Positions 1 through 16,823 of a DNA stretch of 64,000 nucleotides are shown here, in pieces. How positions within the stretch are numbered: position 1 is the stretch's first letter; every line of letters starts with the position of its first letter. The stretch lies in contig CAXIUT010000097.1 of NCBI GenBank assembly GCA_964035545.1, positions 556,001 to 620,000 of the forward strand, read 5' to 3'. The position numbers were made by a program, and so were the translations under genes. Below the pieces are notes generated by a model. That model saw only the letters and a program-made list of their open reading frames with translations, did not search any database and was not told the DNA's origin. Origin of the DNA: Bugula neritina. Its lineage: Eukaryota > Animalia > Bryozoa.

Positions 1-3000
1 ACTGCAACACACTGCAACATACTGCAACATACTAGAATACACTGTAACATATTGAAATATACTGCAACATACTGAAATACACTGCTACATACTGAAATTT
101 ACTGCGACACACAGCAACATACTGCAACATACTAAAATGCACTGTAACATATTGGAATACACTGCAACACATTGAAATATACTGCAAAATACTGAAATAC
201 ACTGCTACATACTGAAATTTACTGCGACACACTGCAACATACTGCAACATACTAAAATGCACTGTAACATAGTGAAATAGAATGCAACACATTGAAATAT
301 ACTGCAAAATACTGAAATACACTGCTATATACTGAAATACACTGCAACACACTACAACATACTGCAACATGCTGAAATATACTGCAACATACTGAAATAC
401 ACTGCAAAATACTGAAATACACTGTAACATACTGAAGTATACTGCAACACACTGAAATACACTGCTACATACTGAATTATACTGCAACACACAGCAACAT
501 ACTGCAACATACTAAAATACACTGTAACATATTGGAATACACTGTAACATATTCAAATATACTGCAACATCCTGCAACATACTGAAATACACTGCAAAAT
601 ACTACAACATATTGAAATACACTGCAACACATTGAAATATACTGCAACATACCTTAATATACGGTAATATACTGAAATATACTCCAACATACTGAAATAC
701 ACTGCTACATACTGAAATATACTGCAACACACTTCAACATACTGCAATATAATAAAATATACTGCAAAATACTGAAATACACTGTAACATATTGAAATAT
801 ACTGCAACATACTGAAATACAGTGCTACATACTGAAATATACTGCAACATACTGCAACATAGTGAAATACACTGCAACATACTGCAAGATAGTGAAATAC
901 ACTGTAACATACTGAAATACACCGCAAAATACTACAACATATTGAAATGCACTGTAACATATTGAAATACACTGCAACACATTGAAATATACTGCAACAT
1001 ACCTAATTATACGGTAATATACCAAAATATACTGTAACACATCGAAAAATACTGCAACATACTGAAATACACTGCAACACACCGAAAAACACTGAAAATA
1101 CTGTAACACACTGAAATATACTGCAAAATACTGAAATATACTGCAAAATACTGAAATACACTGCTACATACTGAAATATACTGCAACACACCGCAACATA
1201 CTGCAACATACTAAAGTATACTGCAACATACTGAAATACACTGCAAAATACTAAAATACACTATAACATACTGAAATATACTGCAACATACTGAAATACA
1301 CTGCTATATACTGAAATACACTGCAACACACTACAACATACTGCAACATGCTAAAAGCTGCAACTTACTGAAATACACTGCTACATACTGAAATATACTG
1401 CAACACACAGCAACATACTGCAACATACTAAAATACACTGTAACATATTGGAATACACTGCAACACATTGAAATATACTGCAAATACTGAAATACACTGC
1501 TACATACTGAAATATTTTGCAACACACTGCAACATACTGCAACATACTAAAGTATACTGCAACATACTGAAATACACTGCAGAATACTGAAATACACTGT
1601 AACATACTGAAATATAATGCAAAATACTGAAATACATCGCTACATACTGAAATATACTGCAACACACTGCGACATACTGCAACATACTAAAATACACTGT
1701 AACATATTGAAATACACTGCAACACATTGAAATATACTGCAATGTACCGAAATATATGGTAAACTACTGATATATACTGTCACACATTTAAAAATACTGC
1801 AACATACTGAAATATACTGCGACACATTGCAATATACTGTAACGTACTGAAATATGCTGTAGCACATTGAAATACACTGCAACTCACTGAAATATACTGC
1901 AACATACTGAAATACACTGTAACATATTGAAATATACTGCAACATACTGAAATACACTGTAACATACTGAAAAACACTGCAACATACTACAACATATTGA
2001 AATACACTGCAACACATTGAAATATACTGCAAAATACCTAAATATACGGTGATATACCAAAATAAACTGTAACACATTTAAAAATACTGCAACACACTGA
2101 AATACACTGCAACACTCTGAAATACACTGCAAAATACTGTAACACACTGAAATATACTGCAACACACTGCAACATACTGCAACATACTAGAATACACTGT
2201 AACATATTGAAATATACTGCAACATACTGAAATACACTGCTATATACTGAAATATACTGCAACACACTACAATATACTGCAACATGCTAAAATATACTGC
2301 AACATACTGAAATACCCTGCAACATACTGAAATACACTGTAACATACTGAAGTATACTGCAACATACTGAAATACACTGCTACATACTGAAATATACTGC
2401 AACACACTGCGACATACTGCAACATACTAAAATACACTGTAACATATTGAAATACACTGCAACACATTGAAATATACTGCAATGTACCGAAATATATGGT
2501 AAACTACTGAAATATACTGTCACACATTGAAAAACACTGCAAAATACTGAAATATACTGCGACACATTGCAATATACTGTAACATACTGAAATATGCTGT
2601 ATCACACTGAAATACACTGCAACTCACTGAAATATACTGCAACATACTGAAATACACTGTAACATATTGAAATATACTGCAACATACTGAAATACAGTGC
2701 TACATACTGAAATATACTGCAACATACTGCAACATAGTGAAATACACTGCAACATACTGCAAGATAGTGAAATACACTGTAACATACTGAAATACACCGC
2801 AAAATACTACAACATATTGAAATGCACTGTAACATATTGAAATACACTGCAACACATTGAAATATACTGCAACATACCTAATTATACGGTAATATACCAA
2901 AATATACTGTAACACATCGAAAAATACTGCAACATACTGAAATACACTGCAACACACCGAAAAACACTGAAAATACTATAACACACTGAAATATACTGCA

Positions 3001-6000
3001 AAATACTGAAATATACTGCAAAATACTGAAATACACTGCTACATACTGAAATATACTGCAACACACCGCAACATACTGCAACATACTAAAGTATACTGCA
3101 ACATACTGAAATACACTGCAAAATATTAAAATACACTGCAACACACTACAACATACTGCAACATGCTAAAAGCTGCCACTTACTGAAATACACTGCTACA
3201 TACTGAAATATACTGCAACACACAGCAACATACTGCAACATACTAAAATACACTGTAACATATTGGAATACACTGCAACACATTGAAATATACTGCAAAA
3301 TACTGAAAAACACTGCTACATACTGAAATATTTTGCAACACACTGCAACATACTGCAACATACTAAAGTATACTGCAACATACTGAAATACACTGCAGAA
3401 TACTGAAATACACTGTAACATACTGAAATATAATGCAAAATACTGAAATACATTGCTACATACTGAAATATACTGCAACACACTGCGACATACTGCAACA
3501 TACTAAAATACACTGTAACATATTGAAATACACTGCAACACATTGAAATATACTGCAATGTACCGAAATATATGGTAAACTACTGAAATATACTGTCACA
3601 CATTTAAAAATACTGCAACATACTGAAATATACTGCGACACATTGCAATATACTGTAACGTACTGAAATATGCTGTAGCACATTGAAATACACTGCAACT
3701 CACTGAAATATACTGCAACATATTGAAATACACTGTAACATATTGAAATATACTGCAACATACTGAAATACACTGTAACATACTGAAAAACACTGCAACA
3801 TACTACAACATATTGAAAAGCACTGCAACACATTGAAATATACTGCAACATACCTAAATATACGGTGATATACCAAAATAAACTGTAACACATTTAAAAA
3901 TACTGCAACATACTGAAATACACTGCAACACTCTGAAATACACTGCAAAATACTGTAACACACTGAAATATACTGCAACACACTGCAACATACTGCAACA
4001 TACTAGAATACACTGTAACATATTGAAATATACTGCAACATACTGAAATACACTGCTATATACTGAAATATACTGCAACACACTACAATATACTGCAACA
4101 TGCCATAATATACTGCAACATACTGAAATACCCTGCAAAATACTGAAATACACTGTAACATACTGAAGTATACTGCAACATACTGAAATACACTGCTACA
4201 TACTGAAATATACTGCAACACACAACAACATACTGCAACATACTAAAATACACTGTAACATATTGGAATACACTGCAACACACTGAAATATACTGCAAAA
4301 TACTGAAATACACTGCTACATACTGAAATTTACTGCGACACACTGCAACATACTGCAACATACTAAAATGCACTGTAACATAGTGAAATAGACTGCAACA
4401 CATTGAAATATACTGCAAAATACTGAAATACACTGCTATATACTGAAATACACTGCAACACACTACAACATACTGCAACATGCTAAAATATACTGCAACA
4501 TACTGAAATACACTGCAAAATACTGAAATACACTGTAACATACTGAAGTATACTGCAACATACTGAAATACACTGCTACATACTGAAATATACTGCAACA
4601 CACAGCAACATACTGCAACATACTAAAATACACTGTAACATATTGGAATACACTGCAACACATTGAAATATACTGCAAAATACTGAAATACACTGCTACA
4701 TACTGAAATATACTGCGACACACCGCAACATACCGCAACGTACTAAACTACACTGTAACATATTGAAATAGACTGCAACACATTGAAATAAACTGCAAAA
4801 TACTGAAATACACTGCTACATACTGAAATACACTGCAACACACTGCAACATACTGCAACATACTAAAATATACTGCAACATACTGAAATACACTGCAGAA
4901 TACTGAAATACACTGTAACATACTGAAATATACTGCAAAATACTGAAATACACTGCTACATACTGAAATATACTGCAACACACTGCGACATACTGCAACA
5001 TACTAAAATACACTGTAACATATTGAAATACACTGCAACACATTGAAATATACTGCAATGTACCGAAATATATGGTAAACTACTGAAATATACTGTCACA
5101 CATTGAAAAACACTGCAACATACTGAAATATACTGCGACACATTGCAATATACTGTAACATACTAAAATATGCTGTAGCACACTGAAATACACTGCAACT
5201 CACTGAAATATACTGCAACATACTGAAATACACTGTAACATATTGAAATATACTGCAACATACTGAAATACAGTGCTACATACTGAAATATACTGCAACA
5301 TACTGCAACATAGTGAAATACACTGCAACATACTGCAAGATAGTGAAATACACTGTAGCATACTGAAATACACCGCAAAATACTACAACATATTGAAATG
5401 CACTGTAACATGTTGAAATACACTGCAACACATTGAAATATACTGCAACATACCTGAATATACAGTAATATACCAAAATATACTGTAACACATTGAAAAA
5501 CACTGCAACATACTGAAATACACTGGAACACACCGAAAAACACTGAAAATACTGTAACACACTGAAATATACTGCAAAATACTGAAATATACTGCAAAAT
5601 ACTGAAATACACTGCTACATACTGAAATATACTGCAACACACCGCAACATACTGCAACATACTAAAGTATACTGCAACATACTGAAATACACTGCAAAAT
5701 ACTGAAATACACTATAACATACTGAAATATACTGCAACATACTGAAATATACTGCTACATACTGAAATATACTGCAACACACTGCAACATACTGCAACAT
5801 ACTAGAATACACTGTAACATAATGAAATACACTGCAACACATTGAAATATACTGCAAAATACTGAAATACACTGCTATATACTGAAATACACTGCAACAC
5901 ACTACAACATACTGCAACATGCTAAAAGCTGCAACATATTGAAATACACTGCCACATACTGAAATATACTGCAACACACAGCAACATACTGCAACATACT

Positions 6001-9000
6001 AAAATATACTGCAACATACTGAAATATACTGCATCATACTGAAATATACTGCTACATACTGAAATGTACTGCAACACACTGCAACATACTGCAACATACT
6101 AGAATACACTGTAACATAATGAAATACACTGCAACATATTGAAATACACTGCAACACATTGAAATATACTGCATTATACCTAAATATACGGTGATATACC
6201 AAAATATACTGTAACACATTCAAAAATACTGCAACATACTGAAAGACACTGCAACACACTGAAATGCACTGCAAAATACTGTAACACACTGAAATATACT
6301 GCAACACACTGCAACATACTGCAACATACTAAAATATACTGCAACATACTGAAATACACTGCAAAATATTCAAATACACTGTAACATATTGAAATACACT
6401 GCAACACATTGAAATATACTGCAATGTACCGAAATATATGGTAAACTACTGAAATATACTGTCACACATTGAAAAACACTGCAACATACTGAAATATACT
6501 GCGACACATTGCAATATACTGTAACATACTGAAATATGCTGTAGCACACTGAAATACACTGCAACTCACTGAAATATACTGCAACATACTGAAATACACT
6601 ATAACATATTGAAATATACTGCAACATACTGAAATACAGTGCTACATACTGAAATATACTGCAACATACTGCAACATAGTGAAATTCACTGTAACATACT
6701 GAAAAACACTGCAACATACTACAACATATTGAAATACACTGCAACACATTGAAATATGCTGCAACATATCTAAATATACGGTGATATACCAAAATAAACT
6801 GTAACACATTTAAAAATACTGCAACATACTGAAATACACTGCAACACTCTGAAATACACTGCAAAATACTGTAACACACTGAAATAGACTGCAACACACT
6901 GCAACATACTGCAACATACTAGAATACACTGTAACATATTGAAATATACTGCAACATACTGAAATACACTGCTACATACTGAAATTTACTGCGACACACA
7001 GCAACATACTGCAACATACTAAAATGCACTGTAACATATTGGAATACACTGCAACACATTGAAATATACTGCAAAATACTGAAATACACTGCTACATACT
7101 GAAATTTACTGCGACACACTGCAACATACTGCAACATACTAAAATGCACTGTAACATAGTGAAATAGAATGCAACACATTGAAATATACTGCAAAATACT
7201 GAAATACACTGCTATATACTGAAATACACTGCAACACACTACAACATACTGCAACATGCTGAAATATACTGCAACATACTGAAATACACTGCAAAATACT
7301 GAAATACACTGTAACATACTGAAGTATACTGCAACACACTGAAATACACTGCTACATACTGAATTATACTGCAACACACAGCAACATACTGCAACATACT
7401 AAAATACACTGTAACATATTGGAATACACTGTAACATATTCAAATATACTGCAACATCCTGCAACATACTGAAATACACTGCAAAATACTACAACATATT
7501 GAAATACACTGCAACACATTGAAATATACTGCAACATACCTTAATATACGGTAATATACTGAAATATACTCCAACATACTGAAATACACTGCTACATACT
7601 GAAATATACTGCAACACACTTCAACATACTGCAATATAATAAAATATACTGCAAAATACTGAAATACACTGCAACATACTGAAATACACTGCAAAATACT
7701 GAAATACACTGAAACATACTGAAATATACTGCAACATACTGAAATACACTGCTACATACTGAAATATACTGCAACACACTGCAACATACTGCAACATACT
7801 AAAATATACTGCAACATACTGAATTACACTGCAAAATACTGAGATACACTGTAACATACTGAAATATACTGCAACATACTGAAATACACTGCTACATACC
7901 GAAATATACTGCAACACACTGCAACATACTGCAACATACTAAAATACACTGTAACATATTGAAATACACTGCAACACATTGAAATACACTGCAAAATACT
8001 GAAATACACTGCAACATCCTACAAGATACTCAAATACACTGTAACATATTGAAGTACACTGCAACACCTTGAAATATACTGCAAAATACTGAAATACACT
8101 GCTACATACTGAAATATACTGCAACACACTGCAACATAGTGCAACATACTAAAATATACTGCAACATACTCAAATACACTGCAAAATACTGAAATACACT
8201 GTAACATACTGAAATATACTGCAACATACTGAAATACACTGCTACATACTGAAATATACTGCAACACACTGCAACATACCGCAACATACTAAAATACACT
8301 GTAACGTATTGAAATGCACTGCAACACATTGAAACATACTGTAATGTACCAGAAACATACTGTAACTCACTGAAATATAGTGTAATATACGGAAATGTAC
8401 TGTAACATACTGAAATATACTGTAACATACTGAAATATACTGCAACATCCTGCAACATACTGAAATACACTGTAACATACTGAAATACACTGCAAAATAC
8501 TGAGATACTCTGTAACATACTGAAATATACTGCAACATACTGAAATACACTGCTACATACTGACATATACTGAAACACACTGCAACATACTGCAACATAC
8601 TAAAATACACTGTAACATATTTAAATACACTGCAACACATTGGTTGAAATATACTGCAAAATACTAAAATACACTGCTACACACTGAAATATACTGCAAC
8701 ACACTGCAACATACTGCAACATACTAAAATACACTGTAACATATTGAAATACACTGCAACACATTGAAATATACTGCAAAATACTAAAATACACTGCTAC
8801 ATACTGAAATATACTGCAACACACTGCAACATACCGCAACATACTAAAATATACTGCAACATACTGAAATACACTTCAAAACACTGAAATACACTGTAAC
8901 ATACTGAAATATACTGCAACATACTGTAATATACTGAAATACACCGGAACATATTGAAATACACTGCAACAAATTGAAGTATACTGAGACACACTGAAAG

Positions 9001-12000
9001 ACACCGCAAAACACTAAAATATACTGAAATATACTGCAACATATGGTAATATATGGTAAACTACTGAAATATACTTTAACACATTGAAAAATACTGCAAC
9101 ATACTGAAATATACTGCAAGATACTGCAACATACTGAAATACACTGTAACATACTGAAATACACTGGAACATTTTGAAATACACTGCAACACATTGAAAT
9201 ATACTGCAACACACCGAAACATACGGCAACATGCTGAAATATACTGCGACACATTGCAATATACTGTAACATACTGAAATATGCTGTAGCAAACTGAAAT
9301 ACACTGCAACTCACTGAAATATACTGCAACATATTGAAATATACTGCAACATACTGCAACATACTGAAATACACTGCAACATACTGAAAAAGACTGCAAA
9401 ATTTCACCACAACATATTGAAATACACTGCAAAACATTGAAATATACTGCAACATACCTAAATATTCGGTAATATACTGAAATATACTGTAACACATTAA
9501 AAAATACTGCAACATACTCAAATACGCTGCAAAATACTGTAACACACTGAAATATACTATAACATACTGAAATACACTGTGACATACTGCAATATACTGC
9601 AACATACTGAATTACACTGCTACATACTGAAATATACTGTATTGTAGTGCAACATACTGCAGCATACCTGAATTACGGTAATATACTGAAATATCCTGTA
9701 ACACATTGAAAAATACTGCAAAATACTGAAATACACTGCAACACACTGAAATACACCACAAAATACTACAACATACTGAAAGACACTGTAAAATACTGAA
9801 ATACACTGTAACATCCTACAACATACTGAAAAATACTGTAACATATTGAAATACACTGCAACACATTGAAATATACTGCAACATACAGTAATATATGGTA
9901 AACTACTGAAATATACTTTAACACTTTGAAAAAAACTGCAACATACTGAAATATACTGCAAGATACCGCAACATGCTGAAATACACTGTAACACACTGAA
10001 ATACACCGCAACATATTGTAACATACTGAAATACACCGGAACATATTAAAATACACTGCAAAAAAATTGAAGTATACTGCGACACATTGAAATACACCGC
10101 AAAACACTACAATATACTGAAATATACTGCAACATACTAAAATACAGTACTACATACTGAAATATACTGCAACATACTGCAACATACTGAAATACACTGT
10201 AACATACTGAAATACGCTGCAACATACTACAACATATTGAAATACACTGCAACACATTGAAATATACTGCAACATACCAAATTATACGGTAATATACTGA
10301 AATATATTGTAACACATTGAAAAATACTGCAACATACTGAAATACAATGCAACACACTGAAATACTTGGCAAAATACTAGAACATGCTGAAAAACACTGT
10401 AATATACTGAAATACACCGCAACATCCTACAACACACTGAAAAATACAGTAACATATTAAATTACACTGCAACACATTGAAATATACTGCAACATACCGT
10501 AATATATGGTAAACTACTGAAATATACTTTAACACATTGAAAAACACTGCAACATACTGAAATATACTGCAAGATACTGCAACATTCTGAAATATACTGT
10601 AACATACTGAAATATGCTGTAGCACACTGAAATACACTGCAACTCACTGAAATATACTGCTACATACTGAAATACACTGTAAAATATTGAAACATACTTC
10701 AACATACTGCAACATACTGAAATACACTGGAACATACTGAAATACACTGCAACAAATTGAAGTATACTGCAACACACTGAAACACACTGAAATACACCGC
10801 ACAACACTACAACATACTGAAACATACTGCAACATACTGAAATACAGTACTACATACGGAAATATACTGCGACATACTGCAACATACTGAAATACACTGT
10901 AACATACTGAATTACACTGCAACATACTACAACATATTGAAATACACTGCGACACATTGAAATATACCGCAACATACTGAAATACACTGTTACATACTGA
11001 AATATACTGCAACACACTGAAACATACTGCAACATACTAAAATACACTGTAACATATTGAAATACACTGCAACACATTGAAAAATACTGCAATGTACCGA
11101 AATATATGGTAAACTACTGAAATATACTGTCACACATTGAAAAATACTGCAACATACTGAAATATGCTCTAGCACACTGAAATACACTGCAACACACTGA
11201 AATACACTGCAAAATACTGTAATACACTGAAATATACTGCAACATACTGAAATACACTGCAACATACTACAACATATTGAAATGCACTGCAACACATTGA
11301 AAATCACTGAAACATACTGAAATACACTGCAACACACTGAAATACACTGCAAAATACTGTAACACACTGAAATATACTGCAACATACTGAAATACACTGC
11401 TACATACTGAAATATACTGCAACACACTGCAACATACTGCAACATACTAAAATATACTGCAACATACTGAAATACACTGCAAAATACTGAAATACACTGC
11501 AACATACTGAAATACACTACAACACACTGAAATACACCACAAAATACTACAACGTACAGAAATACACTGTAAAATACTGAAATACACTGCAACATCCTAC
11601 AACATACTGAAAAATACTGTAACATATTGAAATACACTGCAACACATTGAAATATACTGCAACATACCATAATATATGGTAAACTACTGAAATATACTTT
11701 AACACATTGAAAAATACTGCAACATACTGAAATATACTGCAAGATACTGCAACATACTGAAATACACTGTAACATACTGAAATACACCGCAACATACTGT
11801 AACATACTGAAATACACCAGAACAAATTGAAATACACTGCAACAAATTGAAGTATACTGCGACACACTGAAATAAACCGCAAAACACTACAATATACTGA
11901 AATATACTGCAACATACTGAAATACAGTACTACATACTGAAGTATACTGCAACATACTGCAACATACTGAAATACACTGTAACATACTGAAATACACTGC

Positions 12001-15000
12001 AACATACTACAACATATTGAAATACACTGCAACACATTGAAATATACTGCAACATACCTAAATATACGGTAAGATACTGAAATATAATGTGACACATTGA
12101 AAAATACTGCAACATACTGAAATACACTGCAACACACTGAAATACATCGCAAAATACTAGAACATGCTGAAAAACACTGTAACATACCGAAATACACCGC
12201 AACATCCTACAACATACTGAAAAATATAGTAACATATTGAAATACATTGCAACACATTGAAAAATACTGAAACATACTAAAATATACTGCAAGATTCTGC
12301 AACATACTGAAATACACTGTAACATACTGAAATGGACCGCAACATATTGTAACATACTGAAAAATACTGCAACATACTGAAATACACTGCAACACACTGA
12401 AATACATCGCAAAATACTAGAACATGCTGAAAAACACTGTAACATACTGAAATACACCGCAACATCCTACAACATACTGAAAAATACAGTAACATTTTGA
12501 AATACATTGCAACACATTGAAATATACTGCAACATACTGTAATATATGGTAAACTACTGAAATATACTTTAACACATTGAAAAATACTGCAACATACTAA
12601 TATATACTTCAAGATTCTGCAACATACTGATTTACACTGTAACATACTGAAATAGACCGCAACATACTGTAACATACTGAAATACACTGGAACATATTGA
12701 AATACACTGCAACACATTGAAATATACTGCAACACACTGAAACATACGGCAACATGCTGAAATATACTGCGACACATTGCAATATACTGTAACATACTGA
12801 AATATGCTGTAGCAAACTGAAATACACTGCAACTCACTGAAATATACTGCAACATATTGAAATATACTGCAACATACTGCAACATACTGAAATACACTGC
12901 AACATACTGAAAAAGACTGCAAAATTTCACCACAACATATTGAAATACACTGCAAAACATTGAAATATACTGCAACATACCTAAATATTCGGTAATATAC
13001 TGAAATATACTGTAACACATTAAAAAATACTGCAACATACTGAAATACGCTGCAAAATACTGTAACACACTGAAATATACTATAACATACTGAAATACAC
13101 TGTAACATACTGCAATATACTGCAACATACTGAATTACACTGCTACATACTGAAATATACTGTATTATAGTGCAACATACTGCAGCATACCTGAATATAC
13201 GGTAATATACTGAAATATCCTGTAACACATTGAAAAATACTGCAAAATACTGAAATACACTGCAACACACTGAAATACACCACAAAATACTACAACATAC
13301 TGAAAGACACTGTAAAATACTGAAATACACTGTAACATCCTACAACATACTGAAAAATACTGTAACATATTGAAATACACTGCAACACATTGAAATATAC
13401 TGCAACATACAGTAATATATGGTAAACTACTGAAATATACTTTAACACTTTGAAAAAAACTGCAACATACTGAAATATACTGCAAGATACCGCAACATGC
13501 TGAAATACACTGTAACACACTGAAATACACCGCAACATATTGTAACATACTGAAATACACCGGAACATATTGAAATACACTGCAAAAAAATTGAAGTATA
13601 CTGCGACACATTGAAATACACCGCAAAACACTACAATATACTGAAATATACTGCAACATACTAAAATACAGTACTACATACTGAAATATACTGCAACATA
13701 CTGCAACATACTGAAATACACTGTAACATACTGAAATACGCTGCAACATACTACAACATATTGAAATACACTGCAACACATTGAAATATACTGCAACATA
13801 CCAAATTATACGGTAATATACTGAAATATATTGTAACACATTGAAAAATACTGCAACATACTGAAATACAATGCAACACACTGAAATACATCGCAAAATA
13901 CTAGAACATGCTGAAAAACACTGTAATATACTGAAATACACCGCAACATCCTACAACACACTGAAAAATACAGTAACATATTAAATTACACTGCAACACA
14001 TTGAAATATACTGCAACATACCGTAATATATGGTAAACTACTGAAATATACTTTAACACATTGAAAAACACTGCAACATACTGAAATATACTGCAAGATA
14101 CTGCAACATTCTGAAATATACTGTAACATACTGAAATATGCTGTAGCACACTGAAATACACTGCAACTCACTGAAATATACTGCTACATACAGAAATACA
14201 CTGTAAAATATTGAAACATACTTCAACATACTGCAACATACTGAAATACACTGGAACATACTGAAATACACTGCAACAAATTGAAGTATACTGCAACACA
14301 CTGAATCACACTGAAATACACCGCACAACACTACAACATACTGAAACATACTGCAACATACTGAAATACAGTACTACATACGGAAATATACTGCGACATA
14401 CTGCAACATACTGAAATACACTGTAACATACTGAATTACACTGCAACATACTACAACATATTGAAATACACTGCGACACATTGAAATATACCGCAACATA
14501 CTGAAATACACTGTTACATACTGAAATATACTGCAACACACTGAAACATACTGCAACATACTAAAATACACTGTAACATATTGAAATACACTGCAACACA
14601 TTGAAAAATACTGCAATGTACCGAAATATATGGTAAACTACTGAAATATACTGTCACACATTGAAAAATACTGCAACATACTGAAATATGCTCTAGCACA
14701 CTGAAATACACTGCAACACACTGAAATACACTGCAAAATACTGTAACACACTGAAATATACTGCAACATACTGAAATACACTGCAACATACTACAACATA
14801 TTGAAATGCACTGCAACACATTGAAAATCACTGCAACATACTGAAATACACTGCAACACACTGAAATACACTGCAAAATACTGTAACACACTGAAATATA
14901 CTGCAACATACTGAAATACACTGCTACATACTAAAATATACTGCAACATACTGAAATACACTGCAAAATACTGAAATACACTGCAACATACTGAAATACA

Positions 15001-16711
15001 CTACAACACACTGAAATACACCACAAAATACTACAACGTACAGAAATACACTGTAAAATACTGAAATACACTGCAACATCCTACAACATACTGAAAAATA
15101 CTGTAACATATTGAAATACACTGCAACACATTGAAATATACTGCAACATACCATAATATATGGTAAACTACTGAAATATACTTTAACACATTGAAAAATA
15201 CTGCAACATACTGAAATATACTGCAAGATACTGCAACATACTGAAATACACTGTAACATACTGAAATACACCGCAACATACTGTAACATACTGAAATACA
15301 CCGGAACAAATTGAAATACACTGCAACAAATTGAAGTATACTGCGACACACTGAAATAAACCGCAAAACACTACAATATACTGAAATATACTGCAACATA
15401 CTGAAATACAGTACTACATACTGAAGTATACTGCAACATACTGCAACATACTGAAATACACTGTAACATACTGAAATACACTGCAACATACTACAACATA
15501 TTGAAATACACTGCAACACATTGAAATATGCTGCAACATACCTAAATATACGGTAAGATACTGAAATATAATGTGACACATTGAAAAATACTGCAACATA
15601 CTGAAATACACTGCAACACACTGAAATACATCGCAAAATTCTAGAACATGCTGAAAAACACTGTAACATACCGAAATACACCGCAACATCCTACAACATA
15701 CTGAAAAATATAGTAACATATTGAAATACATTGCAACACATTGAAAAATACTGAAACATACTAAAATATACTGCAAGATTCTGCAACATACTGAAATACA
15801 CTGTAACATACTGAAATGGACCGCAACATATTGTAACATACTGAAATACACTGGAACATATTGAAATACACTGCGACACATTGAAAATAACTGCAACACA
15901 CTGAAACATACGGCAACATGCTGAAATATACTGCGACACATTGCAATATACTGTAACATACTGAAATATGCTGTAGCACACTGAAATACACTGCAACTCA
16001 CTGAAATATACTGCAACATACTGAAATACACTTCAACATACTGAAATATACTTAAAAACAATGAAAGATACTGAAATATACTGCGACACATTGCAATATA
16101 CTGCAATATACTGAAATATAAGGCAAGATACTCCAACATACTGAAATACAATGCGACATACTGAAATACACTGCAACATACTCCAACATACTGCAACGTA
16201 CTGAAATACATGGTGACATACTGAAGTATACTGTAAGACACTGAAATGTACTATAAATACTGAAACATCTGACAACATACTGAAAAACACTGCAACATAC
16301 TGAAATATACTTCAACATACTGACATATACTTCAACATACTGAAATACACCTAAAAATACTGAAACATACTGAAATTCACTGTAGGATATTGAAATACAC
16401 TGCAACACATTGGAATATACTGCAACATTCCGAAATATATCGTAAACTACTTAAATATACTGTAACACAATGAAACATTCCGCAACATACTGAAATACGC
16501 TGCAACACACTGAAGTATACTGCAATATACAGAAACGTACTGTAAAATACTGAAACGTCCGACAACATACTGAATTACACTGCAACATACTGAAATACAC
16601 CTTAAAATATTGAAACATACTGAAATACACTGTAGGATATCGAAATACACTGCAACACATTGGTCTAGACTGCAACATACCAAAATATATGGTAAACTAC
16701 TGAAATATACT
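1..16711 (+). repeat. Satellite A: 10-bp-period tandem array (TACTGAAATA / YACTGCAACA decamers) with kb-scale higher-order duplications; runs off the window's left edge
   Basis: Decamer register is visible in every line. Variant blocks recur at offsets of about 1816, 3524 and 6887 bp; the ORF translations at 32/6919, 1500/3316 and 9766/13290 are identical or near-identical. Confidence 0.98.
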
Positions 16712-16823
16712 TATTGAAATTTTACTAGTTTTGAGCAAAAACCCTTGTTCGTTAGCAGCTGAATTGTGAAAAATAGCTAAAAACTGGAAATTCTAGTGTG
16801 TACTAAATTAAGTAAAATGACCC
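16712..16823. other. ~110-bp non-satellite insert in satellite A (probable transposon fragment)
   Basis: Decamer period is lost from TTATTGAAATTTTACTAG to AGTAAAATGACCC. Patchy resemblance to 46135-46212. Confidence 0.6.
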
